Numbered from the stretch's first letter, positions 9,647 through 20,037 are shown. The stretch is 64,000 bases of DNA from a virus (IMGVR_UViG_3300046531_000473:5834-69833); one strand, 5' to 3'. Made by a program: numbers and translations. The notes: generated by a model not told the origin, from the letters alone.

Positions 9647-10951
9647 TCAGCTAACTGATGCCTTTAAAACCCGAAACGCTTCTGGCAAAATCAGGTCTCC
9701 CCCGACACGCATACGAGCGATAAAACCAACCAATCCCTGCTCTGCATAGAGTTCATCGAGTTTACGCATTGTCATCACAACGCGGTCAACGATCATGTAA
9801 TATTTGAAGTCTCCGAGGATGATGGGATAGAGGTTAGCGGCGATTTCATCTATGTCAGGCATTGTGATGTATGGGCGTCCGTAGATTGCGCCAGGGAGAT
9901 TGTCGCCTCCGAATGGCTGCCACAATGGACGGTTCAGAGCATCCTTGAATAATCGAATAGACCAAAGTGTGCCTCGTGTCATGGCAAAAGTGAGGTTTGG
10001 TTCGTAGTCTTCCTTTACGTCTCCAATGAGAGCAAGAATACTGTCAGCAGTGATGTTAGCCGCGACACCAGAGGGTACATAAGGAATGGCATCAGTGACG
10101 TTATTTTTACCTGCACTGCCACCTGTGTATCCTGAAGAAGCTTTGATAGGATAGCTTAGAATTCCACGAGCTTTACCGACACCGTTACCTCTAATAAATG
10201 CAGTGCCTTCGGTTTGTGCAAACTTGAGCATGAGACGCTCTTTAATCAAGCCCTCAAGATCGAACTGGCTGTCTTCAAGGTTTTGCTCTGATATGCGTAG
10301 ACGACCGCGAACTTCATGCACAGGTATGTTCAACATCTGAACATGAGGATCTGTAGACTCTGCGTAGCTGGCTTGCTCTGTTGCCCAGAATGCGCTTGCA
10401 TCATCGGTCAATGCTGGCATCTTGACGCTCTCACCTGAAGTCGTTTGGATACGAGCGAACTTGCGAACTTTAGAGATCAGCAACCGATATTCAAGCAATT
10501 CCTGAATATAATCTTGAGCTGCAAAGAAGCCACCAGCAACACTGTCTCCAGCATACAGAGCCTTCTGCTCTCTTTGCTCTGTTGTCATCTGATGATAGAG
10601 AATATTAGATTTATCTTCTTGATCTAGAAAGTCGACTTTACCAAGTTTACGCATCGCTTTCATGAAAGACTTGTGTTCTTTACTTCTCTCATTGCGCTTT
10701 TCAGCCATCTTGGGTCTAGCGGCTTCAATGCGCTCTTTCTCAACTTGAGCTATAAGCTCATCCATCTTGGCATTGAGAGCCTCATGAGCGGATTTGTACT
10801 CAGCAGGGATAGCATTCATTCCGATTTGAGATACGAGCTTATCCTGCTCTTCTCCGAGTTTCTTCATCTCCTTTTCGATCACATCCACACGGCTGTTTTG
10901 ATCGTGGTGGAGAGTTTTGACCTCGTTCATGAGGTCCTGTACAGTTGGCAT
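9647..10951 (-). CDS. Major capsid protein, HK97 fold
   Basis: N-terminal coiled delta domain, GGFFAAQDYIQELL, IKDALNRPLW...IYGRPY, GDFKYY...VGFIARMRVGG. Confidence 0.97.
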   Translation of the reverse strand: MPTVQDLMNEVKTLHHDQNSRVDVIEKEMKKLGEEQDKLVSQIGMNAIPAEYKSAHEALNAKMDELIAQVEKERIEAARPKMAEKRNERSKEHKSFMKAMRKLGKVDFLDQEDKSNILYHQMTTEQREQKALYAGDSVAGGFFAAQDYIQELLEYRLLISKVRKFARIQTTSGESVKMPALTDDASAFWATEQASYAESTDPHVQMLNIPVHEVRGRLRISEQNLEDSQFDLEGLIKERLMLKFAQTEGTAFIRGNGVGKARGILSYPIKASSGYTGGSAGKNNVTDAIPYVPSGVAANITADSILALIGDVKEDYEPNLTFAMTRGTLWSIRLFKDALNRPLWQPFGGDNLPGAIYGRPYITMPDIDEIAANLYPIILGDFKYYMIVDRVVMTMRKLDELYAEQGLVGFIARMRVGGDLILPEAFRVLKASVS

Positions 10952-10992
10952 ATTTTCACATCCTTATAAGTAGTTGTGCATACGTCTTGTCG

Positions 10993-12588
10993 TCAAGCGG
11001 CCATGAGATCTTTGATAAACGCAAATGCTTGTTCAAGCTCTCTTTCATCCTCATCAGCAGTGCTTTCATGCGAGTGCTCCGAGGTGCTACGTGCCTCTTC
11101 TTGTTGAGGCGGGGTAGCAGTATTGCTCTTACCTTCCTGTCGTCCATCGTCAGGTTTCCCTGGATCATCGCCTGCATAGGGCACTTCCGCACCTTGCATA
11201 GTTGTTGCAAAATCGTCTGCTGCGGTTCGTATGGCTTTTGTGTGCTCTTTCATGCTGCTCATGGCATTGTCAGCTAAAGATTTCAGGTTGCTCACATGAT
11301 CATCAATCCTTTGCTGATTAGCCGATGAAATAGGTTTACCAGCTTTCGATGCATGCCTTCGATTATTACTCATATACCCGTAATTAGGTTTGCTGTCAGA
11401 GCCATATTGCATAGTGTAATCTGCTGAGGAATGTGAATGGTCTGTTAAATATCCTGACAGATCACACTCAATAGCCTCTGTAACGAACTTGGAGAGCACT
11501 AATTCTTTAAAGTCATCAAGAGCAGCAGTTATGTCCGGTACGGGAGTATCACCGATCTTGAATGCATCTAGGATTGCGCAAGTGAGAGAGCAGAGAAATA
11601 CATCTTGCCAGTCTTCTAGCAGATCCTCGCACATTTCTTCTGCATAATGCTCTCCAAAGGTTTTCTTTTCTTTAGATTTTCTAGTCATATGCTCCCCTGT
11701 AGATTTGTCGTTATCATCCTCCCAAGGAGGCTTCATATCCATTTTCTTGTAGTAGGCTGCAATCTTTGCTTTGACTCCTGCTACATCGTCGATGCTGGCA
11801 CCGCCCATGGATCCTCGAACAACTCCAGCTCCCGATATAATGCCTTGCGGAATAGCTTTCATCTCATCGCCGTCTTTAGCGACAAATGGCAATTTGCAGT
11901 CACCAAGTTTTTCGGGTGGACTCTTGGCTACCCAGAAGAAGCATTGAGCAACTTTCGACCAATCATCACCCGCCCACTCCTGAATATCTTTCCGTGCCTG
12001 CCCCGCGTCCCACTTTGCATCTCGATCAGCAAGAGGCCATGACGTCTTACCCGATGCGGCTTTTACCCCTACGAGATAGGTTTCGTCATTCATGGCGAAT
12101 GTTACGGGGTCGATGCTCAAGAGGCGTAGTTCTGAGAGATCGCGAACACCGGATTTATCATAGGAGGCACCGTCTGGCATGACATCGTAAATAATGGAAA
12201 ACTCATCAATCATCCCTGCTTTTGCTAGCTCGTAGTATTCTTTGCCTCGCTGAGTAGCAAGAAGGACATCCCCGCTACATCGCAAGCCGAAATTGTCTTC
12301 ACTCAAGTCAGACCATCCACCAATTACCTCGTCAGTTTTATGCTGCCACAACATTTTGAGTAAGTACGGTTTGTCGCGTGCTTCTGCTCGTGATTTACTG
12401 TTTTTGATTGTGCGTGTAAACGATCCTGATAAGATACGGTCATTGCCTTCGTCAATATTATTGAACACAGCACCATATGCTTCAATTTTTCCTACTTCTT
12501 GTCCTTGGGCATTAGTTGATATCTCTACCGCTTTAACCTGAAATGAAAGTGTTTTTGTTTCTCTTGTAATAGTTGCCTTTTTACTCAT
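10993..12588 (-). CDS. HK97-family prohead protease with long C-terminal extension
   Basis: IEAYGAVFNNID..D.I..G.F, MLWQH, FSIIY, ELRLLSIDPVTFAMND. Confidence 0.92.
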   Translation of the reverse strand: MSKKATITRETKTLSFQVKAVEISTNAQGQEVGKIEAYGAVFNNIDEGNDRILSGSFTRTIKNSKSRAEARDKPYLLKMLWQHKTDEVIGGWSDLSEDNFGLRCSGDVLLATQRGKEYYELAKAGMIDEFSIIYDVMPDGASYDKSGVRDLSELRLLSIDPVTFAMNDETYLVGVKAASGKTSWPLADRDAKWDAGQARKDIQEWAGDDWSKVAQCFFWVAKSPPEKLGDCKLPFVAKDGDEMKAIPQGIISGAGVVRGSMGGASIDDVAGVKAKIAAYYKKMDMKPPWEDDNDKSTGEHMTRKSKEKKTFGEHYAEEMCEDLLEDWQDVFLCSLTCAILDAFKIGDTPVPDITAALDDFKELVLSKFVTEAIECDLSGYLTDHSHSSADYTMQYGSDSKPNYGYMSNNRRHASKAGKPISSANQQRIDDHVSNLKSLADNAMSSMKEHTKAIRTAADDFATTMQGAEVPYAGDDPGKPDDGRQEGKSNTATPPQQEEARSTSEHSHESTADEDERELEQAFAFIKDLMAA

Positions 12589-14432
12589 GCAAGGACCTCC
12601 TCCATAAATCGCCTGTACTGCTGCCTTGACATCGTTCTTGCCTTGTCCCGCCTTGATATCTGCAATAAAGACTTCTCTTCCTCATCATCATCATCCTCGT
12701 TTTCCTGATCCTGTTGTGCTGCGACATCCTTGTCATGGCGAGATGCAAGAAGAGCCACTCCGAACGCCACTGCAAGCGCTGCTATATCCCAATTATCAAT
12801 AGAGTCCTGATCCACACTGTCAGCGATGGATAGTTCATATGCTTGACAGCGGCAGAATCGGTGGCAATCATCAGGGACATCGCAACCATTGGGAAATGAG
12901 TCATCAATACCAACCATCACACCGTCATTATCCAAGCAGAACTCGCAAGCTCCTGCTGCACATTGCCAAATCTTGTAATTTGCTTGTTGACTCGCTTTGC
13001 GATAAGGCAGGCTAGTAATAGTTTTATGATCATTCACACGATGTTTGTTTCTTGGTTTATTTGCAGGAAGAGTATTATTCGGCTCCGATGTTTGCTCCTG
13101 TGGAGATTGCTGACTTGGTTGCGTTGGGTCAGGCAGTAGAGGTTCGGATTCTGGCTTTGGAGGTGCTGCTGGTTCCATAAGACTCTGCTCAGCATATTTG
13201 CCAAGTTCATCAAGCTTGACAAGAACAGATCCAAATCGAAACAGATCTCCATCAGTCCCGAGCGTCGGCAATCCACACATCTCGCGGCATTCATTTAGTG
13301 TTCCAATACCGTTCATCCACATCTCATTAGATCGCTCAGCTAGTGCTGTTTTCTGTGCCTGTATCATCTTCTGAACAACTTCAACACTCTCTTTGTCATA
13401 GTAGAGATATGCATTTTTGAGATCTGGATACATCGGTATAAGCCACCAGTTCCACAATGCATAGAGATCGTCGAGAGTTGGGAATATCTCTTCAGTATAT
13501 GATGCTGCTTTCGCTTGTTCCATATTGTCATAGGTGCTTGACGACGTATCACCAATAAGTTGAGGTGGCATATTGAGAATATTAGCAATTGAACCACCGT
13601 TGTACTTCAGAGAGTCAAGCCACTCCATTTGAGCAGGTTGCAATCCAGTCGGTTTCCAATCCAAGCCACCATCAAAGAGTGGAGATTTCCCTGCCTTTGT
13701 CGCACCTGCAAACTTCTCATTGAGCTTCTGCTCCAAGCTGTCTCGCTCATTCTTACCCATCAATGCAGGAACTTTCCATATGCCTGGTGGTCGAGCCCCG
13801 TTCTGCATTAGTGCCAAGTTCCACTTCTTCCCTGCAATCTGCATGTCGATATTGAGTGCAGCAGCCTCTACTGGACTCATTCCCATACCTTTTTGATTGT
13901 CATCGTCGGGATTCCAGTACTTGAGATGTCCGATATCTTGTGGTGAGATGTCTGCTCCGATGTTTTCATGTCGATACCCAACAATGCCCTTTTGTGGGAC
14001 TGCCAAGATCTGCATACGATCCGGTCTTAGTGCCCATAGCTCATCAGGAGGCCCGTTCTTTGTTCTTATGGCATATTGAAAGCTGTTGCCTGATAGGTAT
14101 TTGTAGCCAAGCACAGACTCGATGTAGGCAACTCCGCTTTGCTCAGGGTTGGGCCTATTGAGCTTATCCAATAGTGGATGCTTTTTTATTTTGTCTTCTT
14201 TATCTTGATTGGTGTACAGCACGGGAGGTATTGCAGCAGCATTGCGTATAAGGTAAGAGATGCATTTATAGAGAGTATCGCTATTTTTGTACCCTTCTTT
14301 GACATAGGTTTTGAAGTTGTTTGACATGCGTATAGCTTGCGGCACGTCGCTATAGACCGATAGATTATTCCATTCAGGATTTGTCTTTGCCTCTCTGGAG
14401 AAAGCGGATTTAACACGAGAGAAGAAATTCAT
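12585..14432 (-). CDS. HK97-family portal protein with C-terminal MuF-like Cys/His segment
   Basis: LWALRPDRM, NGARPPGI, LFDGGLDWKP, MPPQLIG, GTLNECRE; start moved to ATG 14432 (TAATG overlap with the terminase). Confidence 0.95.
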   Translation of the reverse strand: MNFFSRVKSAFSREAKTNPEWNNLSVYSDVPQAIRMSNNFKTYVKEGYKNSDTLYKCISYLIRNAAAIPPVLYTNQDKEDKIKKHPLLDKLNRPNPEQSGVAYIESVLGYKYLSGNSFQYAIRTKNGPPDELWALRPDRMQILAVPQKGIVGYRHENIGADISPQDIGHLKYWNPDDDNQKGMGMSPVEAAALNIDMQIAGKKWNLALMQNGARPPGIWKVPALMGKNERDSLEQKLNEKFAGATKAGKSPLFDGGLDWKPTGLQPAQMEWLDSLKYNGGSIANILNMPPQLIGDTSSSTYDNMEQAKAASYTEEIFPTLDDLYALWNWWLIPMYPDLKNAYLYYDKESVEVVQKMIQAQKTALAERSNEMWMNGIGTLNECREMCGLPTLGTDGDLFRFGSVLVKLDELGKYAEQSLMEPAAPPKPESEPLLPDPTQPSQQSPQEQTSEPNNTLPANKPRNKHRVNDHKTITSLPYRKASQQANYKIWQCAAGACEFCLDNDGVMVGIDDSFPNGCDVPDDCHRFCRCQAYELSIADSVDQDSIDNWDIAALAVAFGVALLASRHDKDVAAQQDQENEDDDDEEEKSLLQISRRDKARTMSRQQYRRFMEEVLA

Positions 14433-15931
14433 TACCAGTTCTCCCCCCATTTTCGATCAGCCCAAGAAAAAGCATCGACTGGCTTTGCAACGGGGCTCAC
14501 GACAAGTACAGGCTCGCTGTCATACATGATTGGTTGAGTGATGGGGAATGGCTGGTCTTTAGAGATAGCAGGAACTGTATTCATAGAAGTAGAATAATCA
14601 TCATCAGACATTGGAAGACGATATACCGATCTGTTAAGTCTCATTGCGATATATCTTGCAACATCGCAAGAGTGATCATTTACTTTGACAGGAACCTCTT
14701 TGATAGATTGACCATTTTTTGAGACAGGCCATGCGTATGCGTCAACTTCCTGTTCAAAACAGTAGGTCTCATGCACTGCTTCTCTCTTTTCATCCCGTTC
14801 TTTTAGAGAGTATTCATACACGTAGAAGCGAGGACGCCCATCCCCCGCAAGCTTGAGTCGGGATTGAAGCTCAGATATGCCAGGAGCTATATCATTGACA
14901 GCTCCAATAGAGGTTAGACCGTTTCCATTGAACTGGGAAATGTAGGAAGGTTCTGCCGGATCACAGATAAATTGCTCAATATCATACTCTTGTTGCAACT
15001 GCTTAGCTTGCTCAACCCACCAATCTATAACCTTTCCCGTTTGGTAAACCTCTCTTAGCAAATAAAGTCGTTCATCACCATCAACGCCATACACCTGTAT
15101 TACACCAGGATTTGTATAGCCCCAATCGACACCAGCCAATACTCGTTTTATAACATTGCGATTTAGCTTCTCGCTCTCATCCTGAAATACCCCCCACTGG
15201 ATAAGTTTTTGCTTGGAAACGAGATGGATTGATCTATCCCAGTCGTCATAAACCATACCTTCAGCAGCAGCCCATTTACCTAGCCTTAGACGTAAGTAGC
15301 GAACGCCAGTCAGCGCATCTAGAGTTGCAAGATACTCAGGAGTAACGGACGGATTGTCCTCATGTCGGCTCTCTAGCATGAGAGTAGCGCCACGATCACA
15401 ACGCCTCTTGAGCCAGTGAGTAGGAGGTCCTGGATTGCAGTCAGCTATGAGTTGCTGGTAGGGCATAACACCATTCCTAAGACGCGTCGTCAATGCTTCC
15501 CAGTCATCCTCAAATAATTCAGTGCCTTCCTGCACATAGGCCATATCGTATTCAGCAGACATTATCTTGGTGGATTTATCCATACCTCCAATTGCGATAA
15601 TGGAACCATTCGGGTAGCGATATTCCTGCTCCGATGTTCTGAAATGAATGAGATTGCCTAACCACCCTTGGGGAAGAACTTTGTTTTCATAAGTGACCAT
15701 GGCTGTTTGTGTAAGCGATTCACGTGTTTTGCGAACGATGATAGCGCGCATACCTGGATACTTATCAGCACAAAAATGAAGTTTTTCCAACAAGGCGCGT
15801 GACTTGCCCGTACCAGCAGGTCCAGCCATCACAACCTCGCGACGCCTGCTTTTCCATGCCGCGATAGCAGATCCAAACGGTTGATATGAACACCTCGCTT
15901 TCGACTGTGAGAGTGTTGATTGCTCTTTCAT
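14432..15931 (-). CDS. terL: Terminase large subunit
   Basis: Walker A AGPAGTGKS, YVQEGTE Walker B, nuclease motifs GVDWGYTNP and NDHSCDVARY. Confidence 0.95.
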   Translation of the reverse strand: MKEQSTLSQSKARCSYQPFGSAIAAWKSRRREVVMAGPAGTGKSRALLEKLHFCADKYPGMRAIIVRKTRESLTQTAMVTYENKVLPQGWLGNLIHFRTSEQEYRYPNGSIIAIGGMDKSTKIMSAEYDMAYVQEGTELFEDDWEALTTRLRNGVMPYQQLIADCNPGPPTHWLKRRCDRGATLMLESRHEDNPSVTPEYLATLDALTGVRYLRLRLGKWAAAEGMVYDDWDRSIHLVSKQKLIQWGVFQDESEKLNRNVIKRVLAGVDWGYTNPGVIQVYGVDGDERLYLLREVYQTGKVIDWWVEQAKQLQQEYDIEQFICDPAEPSYISQFNGNGLTSIGAVNDIAPGISELQSRLKLAGDGRPRFYVYEYSLKERDEKREAVHETYCFEQEVDAYAWPVSKNGQSIKEVPVKVNDHSCDVARYIAMRLNRSVYRLPMSDDDYSTSMNTVPAISKDQPFPITQPIMYDSEPVLVVSPVAKPVDAFSWADRKWGENW

Positions 15932-16425
15932 TCTTCACTCCCGTCGTCATCTGGCAAAATGTTAATGTATTCCTTTGGAAGGATATTGTTGATAATTGCA
16001 GCTTTGTCTCTGTATTCAGGCATTCTTGATTTCGCATGAAATATGAGCAGGGTATCACTTTTCTCTCGAATTGTGAGAGGTTTATTCTCGTGATAGACAA
16101 TCTTACCCATGCTAGTTATAAACCGTTCTTCCCCTATTACAGCACGCTTGAATATCTCGGCACGTATAGTATCGTTTACGTCTTCTTTTGCAAGATTATA
16201 TTGCATACTAAATATTTCATCATGTTCAGACCAATAGTGTACAGTCGTCCGTTCGATACCAGCATACATACATGCGGCTCTAACGTTGCCATTAGCGGCA
16301 AAAGATTTAAGAAATTTCTCTTGTACTTCTTTACGCTGTTCTTTATTGATTTTCTGCCCTTTCACGCGGACACTGGTACTTTTTCTAAATGTTGAAGATG
16401 TTGAAGATGAGGCTTTTTCAGGCAT
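15928..16425 (-). CDS. terS: Terminase small subunit
   Basis: HTH-like N-terminus (GNVRAACMYAGIERTTVHYW), SDTLLIFHAK motif, directly upstream of terL. Confidence 0.8.
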   Translation of the reverse strand: MPEKASSSTSSTFRKSTSVRVKGQKINKEQRKEVQEKFLKSFAANGNVRAACMYAGIERTTVHYWSEHDEIFSMQYNLAKEDVNDTIRAEIFKRAVIGEERFITSMGKIVYHENKPLTIREKSDTLLIFHAKSRMPEYRDKAAIINNILPKEYINILPDDDGSEE

Positions 16426-17725
16426 ATGCCACCTCCTCTATACGCTCTAGAAGTGTGGCTTCGTGTCCCGTGAGTTTTTCCCATCTGGAGATGATGATGT
16501 CAATGTACTCTGGGGAAAGCTCGCAACCGATCACAGTGCGATCCCCTGGCATCTTTTCAGCTGCGATCACAGCGATGCCGGAACCCAGGAATGGATCAAA
16601 GATGATATCGCCTTCCTTGCCATACTTCTCGAACGCCCACTCTGCAAGAGCACACGGTTTTTGTGTTGGGTGTACTCGCTTCTGCCCGTGCTCACTATCC
16701 TTGATCATCCCATTCCACATATGCTTGAATATGCGTACTGCGCTCTTGTCGCTGCACCATGCTAGCTCAGCATCGGCAAAGTTGCCCGTATTCTCTTTAT
16801 CCCAGACAATCCAGCAAGAAGAAGGAGGTAATGCATGAGCATAGTAATTGGCACCCCACCATATTTGCAAAGCTTTTGGAAATTCACTTAGACATAGGCC
16901 AGAAGAAGAGACTGCTGTGTCTGTACTGTTGTCCCCAATCACAGTGGCATATTTGCCCGCTTCAACCAGGTTAGAGGCACCGTCGGTGCCTCTAACCGCT
17001 TTCTTTCTATTCTTCACACCACCAAAAGGAATATTATACGCTTCACCCCCTCCGACCCATCCCTTCGTATCAACGATATCAATACCATAAGGTGGATCAG
17101 CCCATACAAAGTTTACATCAGTATCTCTTAGAAGCTTTTTATACGTTTCTGGGTCTGTAGAGCTGAGGCATGCAATAGTGTGGCGTCCTAGTTTCCATAT
17201 ATCTCCCAGATTTACCCGTGTCTGCTTCTCATCGGGCTCTTCGTCAAAATCATCATCCTCTTCGTCATCCTCATCACCTCCCAGGCACTCGTTACCCAGG
17301 CTCTCTAGCATCTGCCTCAATGACTCATCATCACTGCCGAGACTCGCAAGATCATACCCCGCATCTTGCTGCTCTTGCAGAAGCTCAGCTAATAGAGTCT
17401 CATCATCTTCGGCTTCTTGGCTATGCAAGTTATCCGCTAGCAAATATCCATCAACTTGCTCAGAAGTCCAATTTGCAGGGAGAATATCAGCTCTCAATTC
17501 TTTGTAATCAAGCTTCTTTGCAGCCTCGACAATTCCGTGCCCTGCAACAATGAGATAGCCTTGTGGCCCATCCTGGATAACAATGCTCCTTCCCTGCCCA
17601 AATCGTGTAAGGCTAGAAACAAGTTTTGCCACCTGTGAATCAGGATGGTTCCTGTAATTCCTAGGATGAGGATTGAGCTTATCGATTGGTACTATTCGAT
17701 TTTGCTTGAGAGGACTATCTGTCAT
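16418..17725 (-). CDS. ParB-like domain fused to N6/N4 DNA methyltransferase
   Basis: LNPHPRNYRNH...IVAGHG (ParB); WADPPYG and FDPFLGSG (MTase); start moved to 17725. Confidence 0.9.
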   Translation of the reverse strand: MTDSPLKQNRIVPIDKLNPHPRNYRNHPDSQVAKLVSSLTRFGQGRSIVIQDGPQGYLIVAGHGIVEAAKKLDYKELRADILPANWTSEQVDGYLLADNLHSQEAEDDETLLAELLQEQQDAGYDLASLGSDDESLRQMLESLGNECLGGDEDDEEDDDFDEEPDEKQTRVNLGDIWKLGRHTIACLSSTDPETYKKLLRDTDVNFVWADPPYGIDIVDTKGWVGGGEAYNIPFGGVKNRKKAVRGTDGASNLVEAGKYATVIGDNSTDTAVSSSGLCLSEFPKALQIWWGANYYAHALPPSSCWIVWDKENTGNFADAELAWCSDKSAVRIFKHMWNGMIKDSEHGQKRVHPTQKPCALAEWAFEKYGKEGDIIFDPFLGSGIAVIAAEKMPGDRTVIGCELSPEYIDIIISRWEKLTGHEATLLERIEEVAYA

Positions 17726-17806
17726 TGTTACCCTGTAAACAAAAACGGGCGTTGCTCTCGTGATGAGAAACAACGCCCGTGTGAAACACAATCTGAGCTG
17801 TTACTG

Positions 17807-18019
17807 TTATTTTGTTGTTCTTGTCGTTCTTATTCTTGATCGTCCAGAGACTTTATGTGAGTACATGTCTCTGTAGGTGATTGGGTGACCGTCCTGGAAT
17901 ATTATTTCAATTGATCCGTGTCCACCAATGGATTTGAAGTACTGTGACTTTTCCTCAATCCACTGTGACAATTCAGATGGAATACTGCCATCCTGATCAG
18001 CATCAATTGAAATATTCAT
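17807..18019 (-). CDS. Hypothetical protein (possible regulator of the packaging operon)
   Basis: 70 aa, GHGSIEIIFQDG motif, upstream of the late block. Confidence 0.5.
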   Translation of the reverse strand: MNISIDADQDGSIPSELSQWIEEKSQYFKSIGGHGSIEIIFQDGHPITYRDMYSHKVSGRSRIRTTRTTK

Positions 18020-18072
18020 AAATCCGTTACCTAATACTCTGTTCTATATCAACTGTAACACATACGTACAAA

Positions 18073-18324
18073 CTATGCAAGAGGTTGTGCGGACATAATT
18101 GGAAGAATAAGTGCAACCTCATCCCGATCATATTGCTTTTCGCGCTCTGACAATTGCGAGTATGGAGTATCTATCTGTTTTTGCAATGCTGCTACGTAGC
18201 CAGACGGGATGGTCAAGCTGCCATCTGGGTTTACTTCGCACTTGGAGAAAAGATACTGCATCCATCGGCTCCACGAATCATGCTCTTTGTCAGCTAGCAA
18301 TTCGATAAGATTTTCTTGTGTCAT
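18073..18324 (-). CDS. Conserved phage hypothetical protein
   Basis: LADKEHDSWSRW...PYSQLSEREKQYDR; RBS GAAGGAAAG. Confidence 0.65.
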   Translation of the reverse strand: MTQENLIELLADKEHDSWSRWMQYLFSKCEVNPDGSLTIPSGYVAALQKQIDTPYSQLSEREKQYDRDEVALILPIMSAQPLA

Positions 18325-18448
18325 ACATTCTTTCCTTCAAGCTCACGGCGTCAAAATCGTATTCTGATGACAATCAATGGCATTTTGTAAGAATGTCCAA
18401 TCTATCATCGTCATTTTGCAAAGCCGTTTCTCGATCATCTTAGTAATA

Positions 18449-18525
18449 GGCATGGAAAGGATTTGAACCTCTCGAAGAGTAAATCAAGTGTTGGGAGGAC
18501 GACCTGCTCTTAAACCTATCATGCC
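18449..18525 (-). ncRNA. Degenerate tRNA-like element (acceptor stem plus T-arm, D-arm defective)
   Basis: GGCATG/CATGCC acceptor-like pairing and AGAGG-TTCAAAT-CCTTT T-arm; no normal D or anticodon arm; no CCA. Confidence 0.5.
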
Positions 18526-18683
18526 TGTGCTGGCTGAAGCGAGAATAGAACTGCCAAGCCTTATCTCGCTCCGATCAGGAAAGGTAAGTCGGTGGTATCG
18601 TTCGTTGCCTCTGATAGACTAACTCTAAGTAGCAATTGCTACTCGACCAAATGATAGCATGTCTGCACGTCCATGTAAAGATG

Positions 18684-18941
18684 CTACTCGTCTTCAGAGC
18701 AGTATTCGTTCAGCGCTCTTTTAAGAGCAATCGCCAGGACTTTCAGTTCTTTAACATCCTCATAGAGTTCATTATCTCTTTTAGGCATGTGCTCTAGTAT
18801 TTCTGTCGCAATGTGGATAGCGTGGCTTTTGTCGTAATGATTTAGTTTGTCCCATGGCACATTGATTGGCGGTACATTGCTTTGTCCTGCATTGTAACGC
18901 GCATTTTGTATGATCTCTGCGAGTTTCTCTGGTGTTATCAT
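18684..18941 (-). CDS. Hypothetical protein
   Basis: 85 aa ORF with RBS. Confidence 0.55.
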   Translation of the reverse strand: MITPEKLAEIIQNARYNAGQSNVPPINVPWDKLNHYDKSHAIHIATEILEHMPKRDNELYEDVKELKVLAIALKRALNEYCSEDE

Positions 18942-18953
18942 TTTAATCCTCTG

Positions 18954-19070
18954 CTATTTTGCGATAAACAGAATATACACTAAACCAACTAAAGATGGCG
19001 ATGCTACAGCGATGCAATACAAGATGTCCATCACTGTTATTTTATGTTCCGGCGGGTATTCGTTATCCAT
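18954..19070 (-). CDS. Small membrane peptide (38 aa)
   Basis: MDNEYPPEHKITVMDILYCIAVASPSLVGLVYILFIAK*; not in the ORF track. Confidence 0.4.
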   Translation of the reverse strand: MDNEYPPEHKITVMDILYCIAVASPSLVGLVYILFIAK

Positions 19071-19296
19071 GCATTATTCTCCGATGCTGCAAAGTCTCTA
19101 TGCCAAAGTGTAGCATGTCCGTACGCCAAAGTAAAGCAGTACTGACGTTATGATGTTATACTCTTATGGCATAAACTTGGTTGTTTTTGTTCATGGCATA
19201 AAGTTATGGATCATTTGAGATATATTACTGTATGGAATATATTGATGTCTCATGATAAAATAATAGGTTCTGTAAACACCAATTTAGTCGAGTAAT

Positions 19297-19343
19297 CTAT
19301 AGTGTAGAGATTATTTATCTAATCTATAATCTCTACACTATAG
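19297..19343. repeat. Perfect 18-bp inverted repeat
   Basis: CTATAGTGTAGAGATTAT-N11-ATAATCTCTACACTATAG. Confidence 0.95.
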
Positions 19344-19362
19344 CCTAATTTACCAGCCTAAG

Positions 19363-20037
19363 CTAGACAACTTTTGTAGGAACAATCTTTGATAATGGTT
19401 CTCGCATTTTTATCTTCTCCGCATAGGCTAAAAGTAATTGTATCCTTCTGACATCCTCTTGCAGTATACCGAGTGCTTTATTACACTCGCCACAAAGGAG
19501 ACCCCTTACATACCCTGTATCGTGATCGTGGTCTACACAAAGGTTCATAATCGCACCTGTTTTAGACCTTGGCTCAATACGCGTCTCTGCATTTCCGCAG
19601 CAAGCACACACACCACACTGCCCCTCAAACATCTGATCATATTGCTCTTGTGTAAACCCATTGTAATTCGCTTGCAACTGCCTATCACGCGCTTTTGCTG
19701 AGTTATAATGGATTTCACGGTTCCTAATATTAGTGCATTGCTTGCAATGGGATGCCAACCCGTCTTTCCTTGAAGGTGCAATAGAAAATGCATCATAGTC
19801 GCACCACACTTTACAGCTTGGGCACCACTTTGTGTTAGGCGGATGATTTTCCTGCAGTGATAACTTGCTACCTTTCCTAGATCTTTTTAACGCAGTGGGG
19901 TTTTTATGGTAGTCTTGGCAACAGAGTCTACACCAATTTTGGAGACCGTCTGGAGAAGCTTTGCTCTTGCTAAACTCTTCGATATTTTTAACTTTGGTGC
20001 AACGCTTGCACGTCTTCTGGGGTATAATAGTATCCAT
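19363..20037 (-). CDS. Endonuclease VII-family (His-Me finger) nuclease with two N-terminal zinc ribbons
   Basis: CKRC..F.....DGLQNWCRLC twice; CACC...VDHDHDTGYVRGLLCGECNKALG; start 20037 after AGGAGG. Confidence 0.9.
   Translation of the reverse strand: MDTIIPQKTCKRCTKVKNIEEFSKSKASPDGLQNWCRLCCQDYHKNPTALKRSRKGSKLSLQENHPPNTKWCPSCKVWCDYDAFSIAPSRKDGLASHCKQCTNIRNREIHYNSAKARDRQLQANYNGFTQEQYDQMFEGQCGVCACCGNAETRIEPRSKTGAIMNLCVDHDHDTGYVRGLLCGECNKALGILQEDVRRIQLLLAYAEKIKMREPLSKIVPTKVV

Noticed and set aside
18449-18525. Functional canonical tRNA gene
   Set aside because: No D-stem, no 7-nt anticodon loop on a 5-bp stem, no CCA; kept only as tRNA-like
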